Origin: Candidatus Marinacidobacterales bacterium
Lineage (GTDB): Bacteria; Acidobacteriota; Vicinamibacteria; Marinacidobacterales; SMYC01
DNA length: 64,000 nt
Direction: 5' to 3'
Assembly (NCBI GenBank): GCA_965224085.1
Contig: CBDCYI010000004.1
Coordinates: forward strand, 781,170-845,169
The stretch's first letter is position 1. Each line of letters starts with the position of its first letter. The notes beneath the pieces were generated by a model, which had not been told where the DNA came from, did no database searches, and saw nothing but the letters and a program-made list of their open reading frames with translations. This document shows, one piece after another, positions 61,356 to 64,000 of this stretch. A program made the position numbers and the translations under genes.

Positions 61356-62252
61356 CTACCGGGCGGACGCCCGCCGTCCCACAGCGAGCGCCTCTCGGGA
61401 CGTGACGATGAAGACGCGGAAGCCTTGTTCCAATCGCTTCTCTATATCGTCGGGTCCGGCGGTAATACCGCACGCCACATCGAACTCTTTACACGCAGCG
61501 AGCACGGTCTGGATCGCGTTCTCGATCGCTTCATCGTCGCCTTCATAGGCACGCCGCAAATCGCCCGGTCCGGGAATCACGATGCTAACCCCTTCTGTCG
61601 AGACGATGGCGCGCGTGTTCTCGATACCGATCTTGTCCTCGATGAGCAGCATGTTGATGAGCTCTCCCCGGGGACTCGCGGGCCAAACGTCCGCGCGCGA
61701 CGTATAATCCTCTCGACTGACGCCCCAGTAGCGAGCCGCAACGCCTTGCCCATTTGGCCGAAGCCCCTTCGGCCGATAGCGCATGGACCGGACCGCATGC
61801 TCCGCGTCCTCGGCGCTCTCGACATGCGGAAAGACGACGCCGTGGATGCCGGCGTCGAGAATACGCTGTGTGCGATCCTGCGCTTCCACGAATCCATCGC
61901 GGATGGGCGGGATGCGCGTAATGATAGGGTGCTCGTTGAAGAGGTTTTTCCGGCCGACAAGATCGGCCCGGTCGAGCATGAACTGCATGTAGACTTGCAT
62001 GCCGGGAACGTCGAACGGGCCGCGCTCCATCGAATAGAAGATGAAGTCGGCTTCAGTAGTAACGACCTCCATGGCGCTTTCCGGTGTCTTTTCTCCGGAG
62101 AAAATGCCAAAAACCGGCTTTCCCGAATCGAGAAGCGTGACGATCTTGTTGATTCTTTTTTCTTGGGCCGGTGCACTCGAGCTCGACATCAGGACGATCA
62201 TGCCTCCGAAACAAATAAAACGCCAAAGCGTATCTTTCAATCTTGTTGGCAT
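61356..62252 (-). CDS. HpcH/HpaI aldolase/citrate-lyase-like family protein with an N-terminal hydrophobic signal-like segment
   Basis: HpcH-fold motifs (GKPVFGIF, ADFIFYSMERGPFD, GIHGVVFPHVESAEDAEHAV); start at the ATG 62250-62252 (MPTRLKDTLWRFICFGGMIVLM). Confidence 0.65.
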   Translation of the reverse strand: MPTRLKDTLWRFICFGGMIVLMSSSSAPAQEKRINKIVTLLDSGKPVFGIFSGEKTPESAMEVVTTEADFIFYSMERGPFDVPGMQVYMQFMLDRADLVGRKNLFNEHPIITRIPPIRDGFVEAQDRTQRILDAGIHGVVFPHVESAEDAEHAVRSMRYRPKGLRPNGQGVAARYWGVSREDYTSRADVWPASPRGELINMLLIEDKIGIENTRAIVSTEGVSIVIPGPGDLRRAYEGDDEAIENAIQTVLAACKEFDVACGITAGPDDIEKRLEQGFRVFIVTSREALAVGRRASAR

Positions 62253-62331
62253 AACGGCGGAGACTACCAGTACCGAACGGCTCACGGCAAGATGGCCCGA
62301 GAACACGCGCTGAACTAAACTAAGCTCCTCA

Positions 62332-63654
62332 ATGGAAATGGCCCGACAAACGACGCCCATGCTCTCCGGATGGGGCCGCCTCTCGAAACCCGGCAAGGAA
62401 GTGTTCTCCGAGGACCTGAAAGCGCTGAGCGAAAACGCCGTGCTTTCTCGGGGACTCGGCCGCTCCTACGGCGACTCGGCGCTCCCACCGCCCGGCCAGC
62501 TAGAAGTGGCGACGACAACGCTCGCCGATCGCGTGCTCGGCTTCGATGAGACTTCTGGCATCCTCCGTGCGGAGGCAGGCATTTCGCTTCGCGCGCTGAA
62601 CCGTTTGTTTCTTCCGAGGCGTTGGTTCACTCCAGTAACACCGGGCACGCAGGACGTGACGCTCGGCGGCATGGTCGCGGCGGATGTCCACGGGAAGAAC
62701 CACCACGTCGAAGGTACGTTCGGACGACACGTGCGCGCCATCCTACTGCGCGTTGCCGACGGCCGATTGATCGAGTGCTCGCCGACCCACGAGCACGAGC
62801 TCTTCTGGGCGAGCGTGGGTGGTATGGGGCTCACGGGTCACATCCTCGAAGTCACGTTCCAGATGCGCGCCATCGCGTCGCCGTGGATCTACGAAGAGCG
62901 CGAAACGGTGCCGAACATGGCAACGCTCGCCGCCGCGCTGAAAGACGCCGCCCCCGATTGGCCGTTCACCGTCGGCTGGCTCGATTGCCTCGGCAAAGGG
63001 CGAGGCATTCTGGTTCGCGGACGATGGGCCGAGGCCAGAGAGGCGCCCTCGGATCCGCCGCCGCTGCTATCGACGGTCACCGTGCCCTTCGAGCTTCCCA
63101 ATTGGGTTCTCAACCGCTGGTCGATGCGCGCTTTCAACATCATGACCTACTACGTGCAAGGAAGCTCCCGTGGGAAGATCGTTCACCCCGAAGCGTTTTT
63201 CTATCCGCTCGACAAAGTGCGTCACTGGAATCGCATTTATGGCCGCCGAGGATTCATCCAATACCAATGCGTTCTGCCCTCGGCGGGCGGCCCCGACTCC
63301 ACGCGGAGGTTCCTCGATGTGCTCGACGAGCACCGCGCCGCCGCCTTCTTGTGCGTGGTCAAGGACTGCGCCGAAGAGGGCCAAGGCATGCTCTCCTTTC
63401 CGCTTCCCGGGATCTCTATCGCTTTGGACCTCGCCGTCAACGCCCGCACGCAAACACTCGTCGACGGCCTCAACGAGACAGTCCTCGCGCAAGGGGGGCG
63501 CGTCTATCTCGCGAAGGATGCTTTCACGCGGGAGGAGCATTTTCGCGACATGGAGCCGCGCCTCGATGCGTGGCTTCTCGTCCGCAAACGTTGGGACCCC
63601 GAGCTTCGGATCAAAAGCGCGCAATCCGTGCGTGTGTTGGGAGATCCGGCTTGA
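62332..63654 (+). CDS. FAD-dependent oxidoreductase, DprE1-like (decaprenylphosphoryl-beta-D-ribose oxidase family)
   Basis: GWGR, RGLGRSYGD, GGMVAADVHGKNHH, and ELFWASVGGMGLTGHI match the DprE1 family. Confidence 0.8.
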   Translation: MEMARQTTPMLSGWGRLSKPGKEVFSEDLKALSENAVLSRGLGRSYGDSALPPPGQLEVATTTLADRVLGFDETSGILRAEAGISLRALNRLFLPRRWFTPVTPGTQDVTLGGMVAADVHGKNHHVEGTFGRHVRAILLRVADGRLIECSPTHEHELFWASVGGMGLTGHILEVTFQMRAIASPWIYEERETVPNMATLAAALKDAAPDWPFTVGWLDCLGKGRGILVRGRWAEAREAPSDPPPLLSTVTVPFELPNWVLNRWSMRAFNIMTYYVQGSSRGKIVHPEAFFYPLDKVRHWNRIYGRRGFIQYQCVLPSAGGPDSTRRFLDVLDEHRAAAFLCVVKDCAEEGQGMLSFPLPGISIALDLAVNARTQTLVDGLNETVLAQGGRVYLAKDAFTREEHFRDMEPRLDAWLLVRKRWDPELRIKSAQSVRVLGDPA

Positions 63655-64000
63655 AGGTCGCGCTCCTCGGGGGCACGAAAGGCATTGGCCGCGCGCTCGG
63701 ACGCTTGCTCGCCGAGAAAGGCCACAACATCTGTCTACTCGGCCGCAACCCCGAGGAGCTTCTGGCGTCCAGCAGCGACTTGCAAATCCGAGGAGGCACA
63801 TCGCAATCCGTGGGAACTGCGACATGCGACCTCCTCCGACCCGAAACCTTCGCTCCCGCTCTCGCCGCCGCGGAGGAGCAGCTCCAAGGACTCGACACGG
63901 TCGTGGTCACAGCGGCGCAGTTCGCCTCGCAGCCCGAGCTCGAAACCGACCGCGAGCGCACGCGCAACCTACTCGTGGTTAATTTTGCGCACACCGTAAC
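63651..64000 (+). CDS. Short-chain dehydrogenase/reductase, DprE2-like (3' partial at window edge)
   Basis: TTG start overlaps the DprE1-like stop (TTGA). KVALLGGTKGIGRALGRLL Rossmann motif; not in the ORF track because it has no ATG. Confidence 0.55.
   Translation, partial: MKVALLGGTKGIGRALGRLLAEKGHNICLLGRNPEELLASSSDLQIRGGTSQSVGTATCDLLRPETFAPALAAAEEQLQGLDTVVVTAAQFASQPELETDRERTRNLLVVNFAHTV

Noticed and set aside
61254-62318. 354-aa plus-strand ORF opposite the HpcH aldolase gene
   Set aside because: It is antisense to a CDS with clear aldolase motifs; no domain content.

Overview
This 64 kb window is about 66% GC and looks like chromosomal DNA from a high-GC Gram-negative bacterium. The content (many secreted peptidases and hydrolases, a BNR/sortilin-like protein, a DUF4388 protein, LytS/LytTR) suggests a Gemmatimonadota-, Acidobacteriota- or Myxococcota-like organism, but phylum cannot be fixed from sequence alone. 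Housekeeping and core genes are present: a symporter fragment, an MscS channel, tRNA-Phe, recA divergent from a YdjM-like gene, hbd and thiolase, maf, rpmB, aroC and kptA. There are also catabolic and secreted enzyme genes: a lysine 6-aminotransferase, an M20 amidohydrolase, a phosphohexomutase, a multicopper oxidase, a Tat-signal TPP enzyme in an ACS-VOC operon, M19 and M14 peptidases, and a DprE1/DprE2-like pair. An exopolysaccharide export locus (deacetylase, DUF218, Wza-like, outer-membrane barrel) is broken by a mobile island spanning 50.9 to 56.3 kb. That island holds an IS5-family remnant, an IS110-family element with a structured non-coding 5' end, a Ser/Thr kinase fragment, vapBC, a second IS110 fragment and an MCP fragment. 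The most unusual locus is at 57.4 to 59.8 kb and was missed by the ORF track. It is a 49-aa acidic protein ending in -GGE, followed 20 nt later by a PafA/Dop (Pup-ligase) family protein with a roughly 100-aa hydrophobic insertion (about three transmembrane helices), abutted by RNA 2'-phosphotransferase KptA. No proteasome or Mpa genes are nearby, so this looks like a candidate non-canonical, membrane-associated Pup-like tagging system. The window also holds a striking number of broken genes. These include single-nucleotide frameshifts (lat at a poly-G7 tract, a CdsA-like gene, a PaaI thioesterase, a Wza-like gene, the BNR protein and the outer-membrane barrel), a 34-bp in-CDS tandem duplication, internally deleted remnants (two CocE/NonD, an SBP family 5 protein, a Kir-channel C-terminus, an MCP tail, a kinase propeller) and in-frame stops. 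Either the assembly is indel-prone or the region is undergoing real gene decay.
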